Shown here: positions 9,341 to 22,400 of the stretch, one piece after another
Numbering within the stretch: the stretch's first letter is position 1
Layout: the number at the start of each line of letters is the position of its first letter
Origin: Asterias rubens
Lineage: Eukaryota
DNA: 64,000 bases
Assembly: GCF_902459465.1 (NCBI RefSeq)
Contig: NW_022985714.1
Location: 1-64,000 of the forward strand
Direction: 5' to 3'
The notes under the pieces: generated by a model
What the model was told of the DNA's origin: nothing
Database searches by the model: none
What the model saw: the letters and a program-made list of their open reading frames with translations, nothing else
Program-made: the position numbers and the translations under genes

Positions 9341-12300
9341 ATAAGCAAAGCACTCCAGCATGGTAGCTTCCAAATGCTGTATAAATTTGATCTCTGTGAG
9401 AAGCATCTATCAGATATTTTGGAGTACAACAAAACATCACATCCTTATCTGTCAAATGTCCATTCTCTAAACACGAGACAAAATTAAACGATCAAAATAG
9501 TAATATCATCTCTCTATGTCTTCGTTTGGCAGCTGACTATGCAATAGTTTGGTTTTATTATATTTTTCATCAGTCACATAGGAAAAAATGGTGGCATTAT
9601 TTTTAAAAGTAAAATCATTCATACATAACGTCCATAGTAATATATACATACAGTAAAGAGGATAATATCGCATGTGGAACAGGCTAGAAAACTTTGTACA
9701 TAGGTGATGAAATTCATGACGAGTGCTTTGCACATCGGGAAATAAAGACACATTCTAAACAATATCTACAGATTAGGCGACTAGAATTTTAATGAAAGTG
9801 GTGCAATAGTTACGAGAAGTTCAACATGATTGGACTATAAAAAAAATTACTTAAAAAAAATGGATTGTCTTTAATTCATCTCGCTACAGTAATGTTTGAA
9901 ACTCATGTTTACATTAAGGCCTTTGGGAATATTTGATTGTTCTATAAAATAAAATTGATGTTTTAAAGTGTATAATAATTGCAATTCATTTATTATGTTG
10001 TCACTAGGAACGTGTAATAAGCATTTTACCTTTGTATTTGACAGTTAATACTACTTACAGAAACAATGGCTCCCCCAAAAGCTTTTCAAAATGTAGTCCT
10101 CTGTTAGTGTTTTGTTTTTCCTTTTAAAAAACTAATTTCTACACCGGTACCAATTTTAAAGCAACGCCACAGGCCAATTTTATGGGAGTGGAAAACTACT
10201 CCACAAAATCAGTCAACTTTACCAAAATGTGAAGCAGATGGTTTTGACACGAGGCCCCAGAATATTCAAGTCACGAAAACAAATCACCGGGCGGAGGGTC
10301 ATAGCTAGATCTGAAACAAACATTTGATATTTCAGCAGGTACCTTGTAAAGTAGTGCCGGCCAGTCAATTTGTTAGTTACTCCTAATGATTTCATTAAAT
10401 GAGCTTTTAGGAACATTATCCTCAGCGCTAGAAGTGAATTATTTTGATAGCCGAGGCAAATAACTGACATTAATTAAATACATGGAAATTTGCATCGGGG
10501 ATAAAGAATAATTGTGGTTATTACCCATTTACACCGATGTGTGTTAGCACTGTGTAATCGGTACTTTCCCCGAGTTCTGTGAAAAAAAAAAATCACAGGC
10601 ATATTACCTGGATGGGATTCGAACTAACGACCTTTGCAATTCTAGAGCAGTGTCTTACAAACTAAAACACAGAGATTGCCCGTTAGCTAGAGGCAGTTCG
10701 AATCGCAATGATTTAATAGATGGAAATTTGCATCAGGGATAAAGAATAACATAAAAAAAATCTGAATTCAGATAAAGGTCCGATATTTCTCATCCTCAAA
10801 AACAGCCAAACGTAGAAATGTCCTTGTGGAATAATATGGACAGATACACAGACTCGTTAAATAACCAATTAAAAACAGTTGAATAAAAAAATGCATAGCA
10901 GTAGGCACACAAATTAAAACAACAAAAAGTTTACATTTTTCCTTCAGCGTCTTATGGTAACCTTTTGGGTAAAATGATCCAAACACAAGTACGGGTAGCT
11001 GAATAAAAGGCTAATCAAACTTTTTGTCCCATCTTGATTACCTTCTTGAAAATTCCCTTGATAACGATTCTGCAAGTTCTGCTTATATTTTAGCATTTCA
11101 TCAACAACATCCCAAAGTGACAATCGGTCCCCTGCAGCCAAACCTTAATGTTGGGAGAAAACCGTGTTTTGAGAAAAGCTAATTTTGAAATTATTGGTTC
11201 GTAGACTGTTTGCTATTTCATCTTAGAAACTTTACATATTAAGAGCGACAAATAAGTTTGAAATTTTGTTCATAACAGGTTGAATAAGTTAGTAATTATT
11301 TAATTAACAGGATTTTTTTAATATAAAAACTGTGCAAACAAGGTGTTTAAACTTCTTGGCTGTTCGTAAAACACGCAACTGGACCAACAAGCCGCGTATC
11401 CTTTATTTTGGCACTTTGTGAAAACTTCATTCCAGGTTCTTGGTTTTATTTTTTGCCATTCATACAGTATTGTAGGTCAACAGATATGGCTCTTGGTGAA
11501 AATGTTTTTTGGCCGAAGCACTCTGATTTGGCACTGTGCCAGCTGTATAATCACTGCAATCACATGAACATTAAATGACAAAAGGTTTTTGGCACATCGG
11601 GAAATGCAGGCTTTCATCAACTTAGCATACTTAAGAAACTAGATGATTTTGAGACCTTATTGCTAAAAAAAGTCAAAATTTGTTTCCTACTGATTTTTAT
11701 GTTTGTGGCACTTTGTGATGTTGTCGACGATTTTGACTCGGTTAAAGAGACGGATTTGAAAACATTTTTTTCTTGGGTCTTGATTCCATATGTATAAAAT
11801 AAATCCGTCAAATATTCATTTTCGCCTAGTTGATTTAGAGTTCTTAACACAAACAAAGCTTGTAACTCTACATACAAATTAACACCCAAGATGTAATACT
11901 GGCAATCATGACAAACTCCAACTTTCCACAACGTTGCAAATTGGAGTCCGTTCTACCAAGTGCAGTTAATAAGCTACTCGTTTATATATATACTTTTAAA
12001 AAACGTTAAAGAATGCAGCTTAAAAAGAACCTGCAGCAGCTATTTATAATAAAATACAATGTGCACATTTGATGTTCACATTTGATGCCAACCTTTCCAA
12101 GGGGAAACATTTCTGAACATCTCTCCCTCAGAAATGCTACGTTTTAACATGTACTGTACAATATTAACGACTTCAAAAGACCCCCCCATTGACAAAAAGG
12201 TTAGGGTATTCGGCGCCCCTTCACTTTCTTTTCTCCAGGGGCTCCTCGAAAAAACTATTCTTTACATCTTGACGGCTTTATATACAGCAACAGGAAAACA

Positions 12301-13483
12301 AACGAAAAACCCCAGATGAAGTATTTACAATATAAGTTGCCATAACTGGTTCAGCTTAGGTAAGATATAGGCATGGAATTACTTAAAGACCATGGCCTTT
12401 GTTGCTCCCTGCTTTCCCTTAAAAGATATCAGAGTTTAATATTTGTCAATGTTAGTCGTCCTTGCAAAACGAGAATGACCTTGCTCTTACAAAAATTAAA
12501 TTCTAGGCCTGAAGTGGTTATACAACAACAAAAAAGGTGAAATAATGGATTTTGAAAAAAAGTTATACTTTATCCTTTTTATCAATAAAAATATTCTGCT
12601 GGGAATTGCCATCAGAACAATGTGCAAAAGTTTTGTTGTGTGGGGTGAATGGTTGTAAGACGCCAGAATGACTTACTACTTGGCATGACAATCCACTGAA
12701 GATCAAATTCCTACAGGATTCATGTTCCTCCTTGGGGATGCCGAGCAATTTTCTTGGGAATGCTAACACCCTCATACTGTCAGACCATTCATTATCATCA
12801 CTGTGGTTTTGAATGAAAGATAAACTACGCCAGCCTGTGATGCACTTGCCTTCATGTCTCGTCATGTGAGCCAAAGCATGCCTGCCAAAGCAGTACGTTT
12901 TGGCCCATTCAATTGAGTCTGTACTTACAAGAAAGAAGAAGTTTAAAGTGGTGAATGCATCGACACAGAACACACACAGCTATGTGCAGTTGTGTCAACA
13001 TACAGAACCTGTGTAGTTGAATGGTTTCAAAGAAATGGTCGGTCAAAATCAATTTTCTTTTTCTAAGTGTACCTAGAAAAGAGGTTAAGAATGGTGAGCA
13101 TTTTCTATGGTCGAAATTCAAAAGCTAGATAATCTTGAGATGCTCCCTCCTGCTTCAAGCTCTTCCTCAACTTCATCTTGTAACTTTTTTCTTTTTTTCT
13201 AAAGACCTGTTTGCTGGGAAAAGAAACTCAATTGTGAGGAAAGATGAATTCATTTCGATCTTTTTTTTTTGGGGGGGGGAGGTCAAAAATAAAAAGCAGT
13301 AGTTATCCCACGATGAGGTATTTTCAAGAAGTATTTACTCAAAAGTGAAAGAAAATAAATAAAAATCAGATCCATCGCCGCTACCCAAGCCACCTTCATT
13401 GGAATTATAGATCTTGAAGACGTCTCAGTTGCTGTAAAATTGTCCAATGTTTGGTGTAGTTCATGATCAACCCGCTCTGCATT

Positions 13484-16400
13484 CTACTGTCCAGCACTGG
13501 TGGCTATCGTGATCTGCGCGTTATAATCCGTCGTCTCCATCCGTAAGATATACGGAATGATGCTATCAATCTGGACGTTGCCGATGAGACCAGCGAAGAA
13601 CAGCTCCTCCATGATTCCTGGGTTGAGGAGACGCAATGCTGGCAGACGCAGGAGGAGCTTCCCAAAGCGGTCTGGGTCATTGGGGTACGTCTTGGTCTCA
13701 TACGCCCTCAACTCACTCACCGCTTTTTCCTGGAATTTCTCAATTTGCCGAGGGTTGGTGAGCCCAGGGTGATCTGGAAATATATTTGAGTACATGAAGT
13801 TAAGGCAGAGTCAAGTAGAATGGGAAAAAAGCACTCCAAGTAGAGAACTGGAGTTGAATAAGGGAGTAAGAATAGACGACCAGGTTTAAACAGCCGTTTT
13901 AAACCAGCAGGTTCATGGCCGTGCAATACATGATCCTGCAAGGTTTTAAAGGGCCATTAAAGACAAAGCCACCACTTATAAGTTCCCATTCATAAATAAC
14001 TTTCCTTTAAACACATCAAAAATACCTTTGAGATGTTGAGAATAAATCTGACAGTTAAGCCTCAGCTCGCCTCGACTCTTTATTGAAATGCTATCCATGT
14101 TGAGCACAAAGTAGCTCTTAGTGCAAGTTCAGTGCTGGCATGCTCAAGTCTCAAACTATCGGCGATCGCATACAAGTTTGGTAAGTATAAGTTGCCCACT
14201 TCTTTCAATTCCCGTTTCCTCAGGCCATGCTTATAAACACTCCACACTATGTTTATATCGCGATATGAATATATATTTTCATAAATACAATATGCAATAT
14301 TGACTTCCGACAACTGCCAACATTTGCACACAAAGAAAACGTTTGCACAAAAGAAAAACATCTCCCTGGGTATACTCGTCTACAGTGCTGTAATTTTCGA
14401 CATGAAACCTGTTCTAAACTGCTTGAACAAACCACACAAATAACCTCACTATAAGTAAGGGAAATCTTTTGAAGAATTTCTTTTCACCTGGACTGAAGAG
14501 GACTGCAGCCTTGAGGTAAGCAAACTCCGACGAGTCCATCTGTAGCTTGGTCGTTACCGAGACAAACTCTTGCAGCTTCCAAATGTGTTCCATGACAGCC
14601 TTGACCCTGTCTGCTGAGAGCTTGTCTGTGACAAGGAATAAAGCACATTAGAGGTTACAAGACCTGAGGCACAAGCCGCAACCCTTGAACGTTCGTCTTA
14701 ACAGAGTTTACAGTGACCCTCAATAGAAAAAGTAAAGGTTGGGTCATAGATTGGTAAGAACTCCAACAATTAATTACTATAAAAACTTGAATGGGATTTG
14801 AGGCATTGCATGGGGAGGCATCAATGTATATTTGGTTTGCAGACGCCATGTGCGTACCTACTTGATGGGAAGATTATGTTCTTTTGAGAACGTGTCTTTT
14901 CAAAAATTCAGGTGACTTCTCAACTATCGCGGAGTAGATTTGGGGTATTCAGGAGGCTTCTCAGTTCTGCAAAGAACTGTCCTGCTTTTTAGCTACTACC
15001 TGAGCAGAAGGTAGAAAATCGGTCGGGACTACTACTTCCGCTTAGTGGATCGGGGGGGGGGGGGGGGGGGACTTCTGGTAATGAACTTCACTACTGCAGT
15101 GAGTTCTTGCTCAAGTCATCATCATAAGACTGTGAGATATTATGAGCATTATATAAAAACTTACTTGATGAGATCCAATGCAGCTGTTGATAATATAAAC
15201 TGTTTTTAATTTTGAGACTGGAGAATCCCTTCGAAGTAATATAATTTGAAAATGTTTTAACCCCCACACACAGTTGAACCTGAGAACGGATTAATGCACA
15301 GATCTTTCCTCAGATTTTGGAAGTTTGGAGTTCGTTCGCGAATGCTGCAGCCAGAGATGCATGCCATTGGTACCCACTGTCACCTCACTGAACGCAGGAT
15401 GGATTAAATATTGATGAGAAAATATCACAATTTTTGGGGCTGTTTTCTCAGCAAGTAGACACTGTAGTCAGCTAAAGCTATTGACACTTTGACGTTAGTA
15501 AGCATTAAGTTGACAAAAACCAATCTATGACCCAACCATTAAAGAGATCCTGTGTGCCTTAATAATGATTTAGTATATCATTTCATGGCTGGCAGTAGTC
15601 ATCAGCACTTCCTGCTTTGGCTTGAAGGAAAACTCAAGCCAAATTTTGAAACTGGAAGTTCCCTTTACTCCCATTGAACCCTCTTTGCTAACTAACACAC
15701 CCCAACTGTTGAATATAACAGGAACACCCATACTTATACCCAATGATTAGTGTAATTTTAACCTCACTCTCAAGACTTTCAAGATGGATTAGCTTAAATA
15801 TATTTCTTATTAGTCTTACTGTAACCTTCACAGGTCTAGTCTTCATTTCCACACCAAGCAACCTTGGCCCAATTTCATAGAGCTGCTTAAGCACAAAATT
15901 TTGCTTAAGCAGAAAATTCATTGCTTAGTTAAATCAGATAACCGGCCAAGACTCCACTCAATTGTTATGCTAAGTAAACAACAGCTAAATACTAGTCATA
16001 AGCAATGTATATGGCATGAAATTTTGGCCAGTAACATGTGTAAAATAAGCGAGCTATTTTCGTGCTTAAGATTTTTTTTTGCTTAAGCAGCTCTATGAAA
16101 TTGGCCCCTGGGCCCAATTTCACAAAGTCTCTAAGCACAAAAACTTGCTAAGCACAGAAAACTCTTGCTTAGCAAAAATAGATTACCAACCAAAACACTA
16201 TACATTTATCATTGGTGTGATTAGTACCCCACTCATTTCTAGCTTAGCAAAGGAGTTTACCAAGCAGAATTTTCTGCTAAACAGCTTTATGAAATTGGGC
16301 CCGGTTCTTTGTGACAAGTTCACAGTGAATTCTGAGATGGGCTTGAAAGTTTTGGGGAGTAAAATTGTCTCCAAAATAGCTTATCACAAAAGTGTGTGTG

Positions 16401-19400
16401 CCCCCCCCCCCCCACCACAAACAAAATGAAATAATTTTAGCACAAACCACCTCTTAGATGAATGTAAATACAGGCCTTTCAAATTAAGGGTGCCTTTAAA
16501 GCAAGTTAATGAGATTGAAAGGTTAAGAATTTAATGTATATGACACGACAGTCAACAGGCCTGATACTTTACGGAGGCAGCGAAGGCGATTGCCTCCATG
16601 CCCCTTGGTGCCCTTTTGCCTTGGTGCACTTGGTATGCTCCAGTAGAAATTTACAATTTCCTCACAGGGTGCCCTTATGAGGAGAAAATGGAGAAAATGC
16701 CTTGGTGCCCCTTCCGTTTAAAAAAACAAGGCATATAGGCTTGCAGTCATGCCCCAACAAAATGGGGTGGTACCAAAAACTCCTTTGGAATCTGGATAAG
16801 TTTGAGATAAACAAACTTCTAGTCCGGTAAAATTCAGACTAAACGCTGTGTATTCTAATGGTATTTCCCCCAACCCATCAGTAACTCCAGCCTTGTGTAG
16901 GGTGTAGGTATAATTTTAACAAGTCTACGCATGATTCTAAACCTATAAGAAATGGGTGAGTTAAGTGGGAGGGGGTTGGGGTTTGGCAATGGGGACCAGT
17001 TAGTTTCAGGACAAACTCAGTCAAAGATTGAGCTGGATTAGCTTCTGCAGTGATGTTGTGAGCATGCTGGAAATAGTATCAGAGATCAAGATTATTTTGG
17101 AAAAATCTGTGATGAAAAAAAAACATCATCGGAACAAACCGAGATTGTAGCATGCTTGGTATATAATGTCAATATATTGTCTCTGCGTATTACAGTAGTA
17201 GGTATCGTCGTAAAACTTGTCAATTGCATGCAGTCCTTGAAGCGTATACAAAATGTTGTCTAGGCTGGTGTACTAGCTGAAACCTAAAACCATACTGAGT
17301 AGGATTGGTGGGTTGGTTACCAGACCCCTCTGGATCTCTCCATCCATCCACCTTTTTGAATGAAAACCTTTGATTGTACTTTTAATACTGACACAATTCC
17401 TACACAAATTGATAAGACTTTCATTACTATTCTCTCCTAACAATTTTGAATGCAGAGTCCGTTTAACAGTTAATGTTTCTGAATCTATGAAAATCCAAAT
17501 AATTTCAGCATGGCTCGCATGTATTCGAGCCAGTCAAATTCAAGTAAAATTTGCTTTTGGAATTTGCTAGGGCAGAGTATCACTGTATGCCCTAGGACTC
17601 AAACCAAAATTGATGCTATCAATCATACCACTCTCTTCTCTTGTGCTGATTTTTAAAGAAACTATTTTTTTGCTGCAATTTTTTTTTATTTAGATTTAAT
17701 ACCAGTTTTTGATTGAGGTTTTCAGGTAATACACATGGCCTTCAGGCTCGATGAATGTGGCTACGAAATTAGTACAGACTAAATGCTTCCAGGTAGCTAC
17801 TTCCCAAACTAGCATCTGGAAAATGAGCATGCATATATTCATGAGGCGAGGGGAAAAAAAGCATGCACGTCAGTTTGGACTGAGCCATTTGAAAAAATGA
17901 AAATTTGGTTTTCTTTGGGATGTCCAGGGTTTAGGGACATTCCTCCTCATCATCACCCTGCAGAAGCTACCTTGCTCAAGGGGCACAGCACACAAATTGG
18001 CTGCGGTACCTTGCTGCAGACTCGTCTGAAGGTGGTTGACGATCGCCGTCAGGATCGTTGAGAGCGCCATCGTCTGCGAGCACTGGGCCAGGCCGAGGGT
18101 GAACAGCTCACTCCAGCACTTCTGGACCATCGTTACGTTGGATTCCGGACTGCAGAAGAGGCATACACACACAGGTGTTTGGTTATATGGCTAAACTAGC
18201 TAACAAATTATTTTAAAAATTGTTTATTAAAAAGTCTGGTACAATGACTTGCTTACTCACAAGTTACCGCCTAAATATGAATTTAAAAAAAAATTAATGG
18301 CTTGACGTTTTGACCCAAGCAGAGTCGTTCCCGAAGGCTAAATGACAACACCACAAACATGAACGGAGAAGTAAGTGAAACATAAGCAGTGAAGTGGAAA
18401 TACACTAATAGAAAGAGAGAGAGTTAGTCAGAGAGCACACAGAAAAAAGCAAGGGGTAAACAAAGAATTGTAAATCTGAATTCCTCAGACTTTAGAGATG
18501 AAACATGGCTCAGGGCAAGCTTCCTTATAGCAACCTCCAGATGAGCAAACCTTGGTACCATTTGAGCCATACAAATTCATTCAAACTTATATGTTGACCA
18601 TCTCTTCCGTCACTCTGCAAAAACTTGCCCCTAATCGTGTGACGTAGCATCTGTCTCATTAGGCAGAGGAATACAAATTGAAACGGTCAATTGTGAGTAT
18701 TAAGCAAGTCATTTTGGTTTACGATATTTACCCTAATAGCTGAAATGCATGGATATTTCTAGCCCAGTGCATGGACAGGAAAAGCAGCCTTGAGGCCGAT
18801 TCACAGATGTAGTGCACGTTGAGGAACTGAGGCATGGGGGACGGTGTGGTCAACTTGAACTGCATATGGGATTCATTTAACATGTTCCCATCAATCTTGA
18901 GGAATTGTTGTTCTCCAGTGCCGCCTTGGTTGTTACCGCCATTGGCCTGGTCCGACAAACTGCACATGCGGAAGTAAATGAGTCGAGATTTAATTTAAGG
19001 ATGAAACGCTTGCCTCGACCCTAAATCTCTTCACAAATTTAAACAAATATTTCAAGGTGTTGGGCGAAACTTGTTTGCTTTAATTACCTTAATAAAAAGG
19101 AAACTTGCTGTTGAATCAAGAAAAAATGTGACCCGCTCTAACGAAATGAGGAATGTCTAGTGAATTTCACATTTGCATATTTCATAATATTCCAAACAAG
19201 CAAATCTTAATATTTTAAATGAAATAAAAATCAAGATCATACGACCTTCCTGTCTGAAATAATGTGGATTTTTCGACGCCCTTGACGCTTAATTTTACGA
19301 CCCGTTTTGGAAAACACAAACTCCATAAAAATTAATTTGAAAAAAACGCGACGTCTCACACACTCATTAAAATAATATTAATATTTTTGTTTACGATAAT

Positions 19401-22400
19401 GAAAACATCAATTTTTAACCCCCCGTAGTCAGGCAAACAAAATTACCAAAATGAATAAACAACTCAACGAGAAGTTAGATTATAATGTGTAGACAATTTC
19501 ACCAATAAGTTTGACAATGTTTACCTGAAATTTTAGAGCAATTTGCGTTGATATTTCCAACTTGAAATGCGAGTTTTGTTCCGTCAAGTCAAAACATAGT
19601 AAAGACAGCTGTCACTCAGCGCATAGCATCAACCCCCATGGGTATACTCGGCTTGAAGACCAGGGAACATTCGCAATTTCCCCGTGCATGTTTCTCATGA
19701 TTTTAGCGAAATTTCTTACCCAGCATGAAGTTTAACTGAAAGATTATTCCTTTAACATTCAGAATTATTTTGGTTTGGAACAATTCAACCTTGAAAAACC
19801 ACGAAACAATGATGGAAATTAGACACTGTTTTCCCAACGTTCGATAAACATTCCACTGTTCCATAAGTCGTACGTGTAGCAAAGTTTGTGCATGGTACCC
19901 GCGCAGTGTTCGTGTGTACATTGTCGTATTACCAGCGCTGCAACTAGCTATGGCAACAAGACCGGGTCGGGTGATCGGACTCTCACGCTGCATGGATAAA
20001 CAACGCCTCGGTCTGTGAGCCATACTAAATCTTGCGACGCAGATTTATGAATGAGAGATGTCATCGCTGATAAAACAGGGTTTGCCTTTGGTGACCTTTG
20101 AACCCCCTTTCAGTGTTGACACATGTTTTTGGTGGCTATATTTAGACACCTCTAATCTTTGGCTTTCCAATGGTACTCTTGGTGGCGCTATGCAAGTTGT
20201 GTGAAAAGTTTTGCGACGCTCGCCAAATTTGGTGTTTTCAATGAATGTTCGCTGTCTGTCCCGTGGGATTTGGAACATTTTTGGATAATTACGTCAAGAA
20301 CATGGCTCAGAAATCGTCTGTTTTTACATCTTTAGTAATCTTTTGACGAAAAGGTAAGACCATAGTAAGTTTAATCAAGATTTAGGCAACCTAAAAGTGT
20401 AGTAATAAAAAAATTAAAAAATTCAATAATTTTCATTAATTGTTTGTTATTATTATGTTCGGTGTCAAATTACACGAAATGAAACTTTACTAGACATTCC
20501 TCATTCCGTCAGAGCGGGTCACAAATGGTCTAAAGCGGACTTGAACCTGCAATGTTCATATTACATATTAAAGGAACACGTTGCCTTGAATCGGGCGAGT
20601 TGGCCTATGAAAAGCATTTGAAAACCGTTTGTTATAAATGCATATGGTTAGAAAGATATCTTAAAAGTAAAATATATTATACACACAAATATGCCTCGAC
20701 AGTGCGTGGTTTTCCATATATGTCGTGAACTAACACGGCATGCCATTTTGTGGAGTCAAGTTTTTGATTCCATAAAATGGCTGACAGTGTTAGTTTGCAA
20801 AGTAAATTAAAAACCACGCACTTTCGAGGCATGTTTGTTTGGATCATTATATTCAACGTTTAAAACATCTTGCTAACCAATGCATTTCATAACAAATGGT
20901 TTCAAATGCTTTTCCAAGACCAACTTGATTGCCCCAAGGCAACACGTGCCTTTAACAGACAGGACCTCTACAAACTGAGCTATCTAGCCATAATGTCTGC
21001 AGTCTAATCATTTTGTCAATATCTTTGTGAAGTGGTGCCAAAAAGTCATGGAATTGTGCACACTTTTTGACAAAACATTATGTTTGCTTGTTACAAAAAG
21101 ACTTAATCCTTAAAATTAGGTTAGTATCTCAATAGACCTTTTCCTTGTAATATACACCAAGTTGAATCTGTCCAGGGCTAGTCAATAACTTTTAACAGGC
21201 ATTTACCAGATTTGTTATTAAACTTCATGCGCACTTCTCTTGCTGTGCGCCAAGTGCATGTTTCATAAACACTGCACCATGGCATATTAAACATGGTACA
21301 TATACTATGAAAGGATCTGTTTGTCAGGCCGTATCTGTTTACATCAAAGGATCTTTTTTCCATACCAGAATGTATTCCCTGGTTTTGAATGAACGACAGT
21401 GTCCGAAAAGGTAGTTACAACTACGGATCTGGCTAGATCGCAGCCTCATAATGAGTTTAAAGGAACACGTTGCCTTGGATATTTTAAAAGTAGAATATAA
21501 TGATCCACACAAGTATTACTCAAAATTGCACTGTTTTCCTTTTATGTCGCGAACTAACATGGTCGGATATTTTATGGAGTCATCACGACGTTAAAGGAAA
21601 ACCGTGCAATTTCGAGGCATATTTGTGTGGATCATTATATTCTACTTTTAAATTATCTATCCAACCATTCGTATTTCATAACAAACGGTTTCGAAAGCTT
21701 TTCAAAGACCAACTCGACCAATCCAAGGCAACGTGTTCCTTTAACTACAGAACCTCCTGAGCAACACCCACAGCAACAGCCACAGCCATATCAATCATTT
21801 CAAATACAGCCGTAGAGGATGTGAATCTTTGAATACTCTTTTGTTACCTGATTTCAAGAGCAGAGCTACCATCGCCCCCTTCCACTCCTGGCGCTAGAGC
21901 TTTGGCAAGAGTATCAAAGGCTTTCGAGATCTGGTTCGGAGTCTGATTGACGCCCGACTGCACTGATGTTTCTCCATTCGGTACCATCTACAAAACACAA
22001 GTAAAGGAGTTCCAAATAAGCATAATAGACTTACAGGCAGGGTGTATAAGAACAACAGTAACCTCACTTGGTGTTTCCCAACATTTGCAATAAAATATAA
22101 AAAAACTGTGCAATTTTCCATCGAAGTTGATTGAATATAAAGAAAGAAAAAACACTCTTTTTGCAAAAAATTGTGTGCTTTCAGATGCCCGAGACCTGAA
22201 CGCTTTCTCAGATTCAAATGATTGGGTGAAAAATTGCCCCTTTCTCTAAAACTACATTTTCAAAGGGGGGTTGTATCTAACATAACAATGTTTTGTGACA
22301 TCAACAGCGCTCCTGTGCTCTTTACCAAGTAAGTTTCTATGGCCTTTAAATTTTGAAGTAACTACCCAAAATAAACAATGCCTTTTAAAATATCAAATAT

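Noticed and set aside
11969-11978. ATAAGCTA (miR-21 8mer)
   Set aside because: On the wrong strand for the NR2C mRNA, and miR-21 is not an echinoderm family as far as I know.
12563-12973. 136-aa minus-strand ORF downstream of the NR2C stop
   Set aside because: No homology or splice signals; lies within the inferred 3'UTR.
15053-15070. Long G/C homopolymers (also 16400, 51138, 62566) as functional G-quadruplexes
   Set aside because: Simple homopolymer runs, one inside a MITE; their length is unreliable in assemblies and there is no further support.
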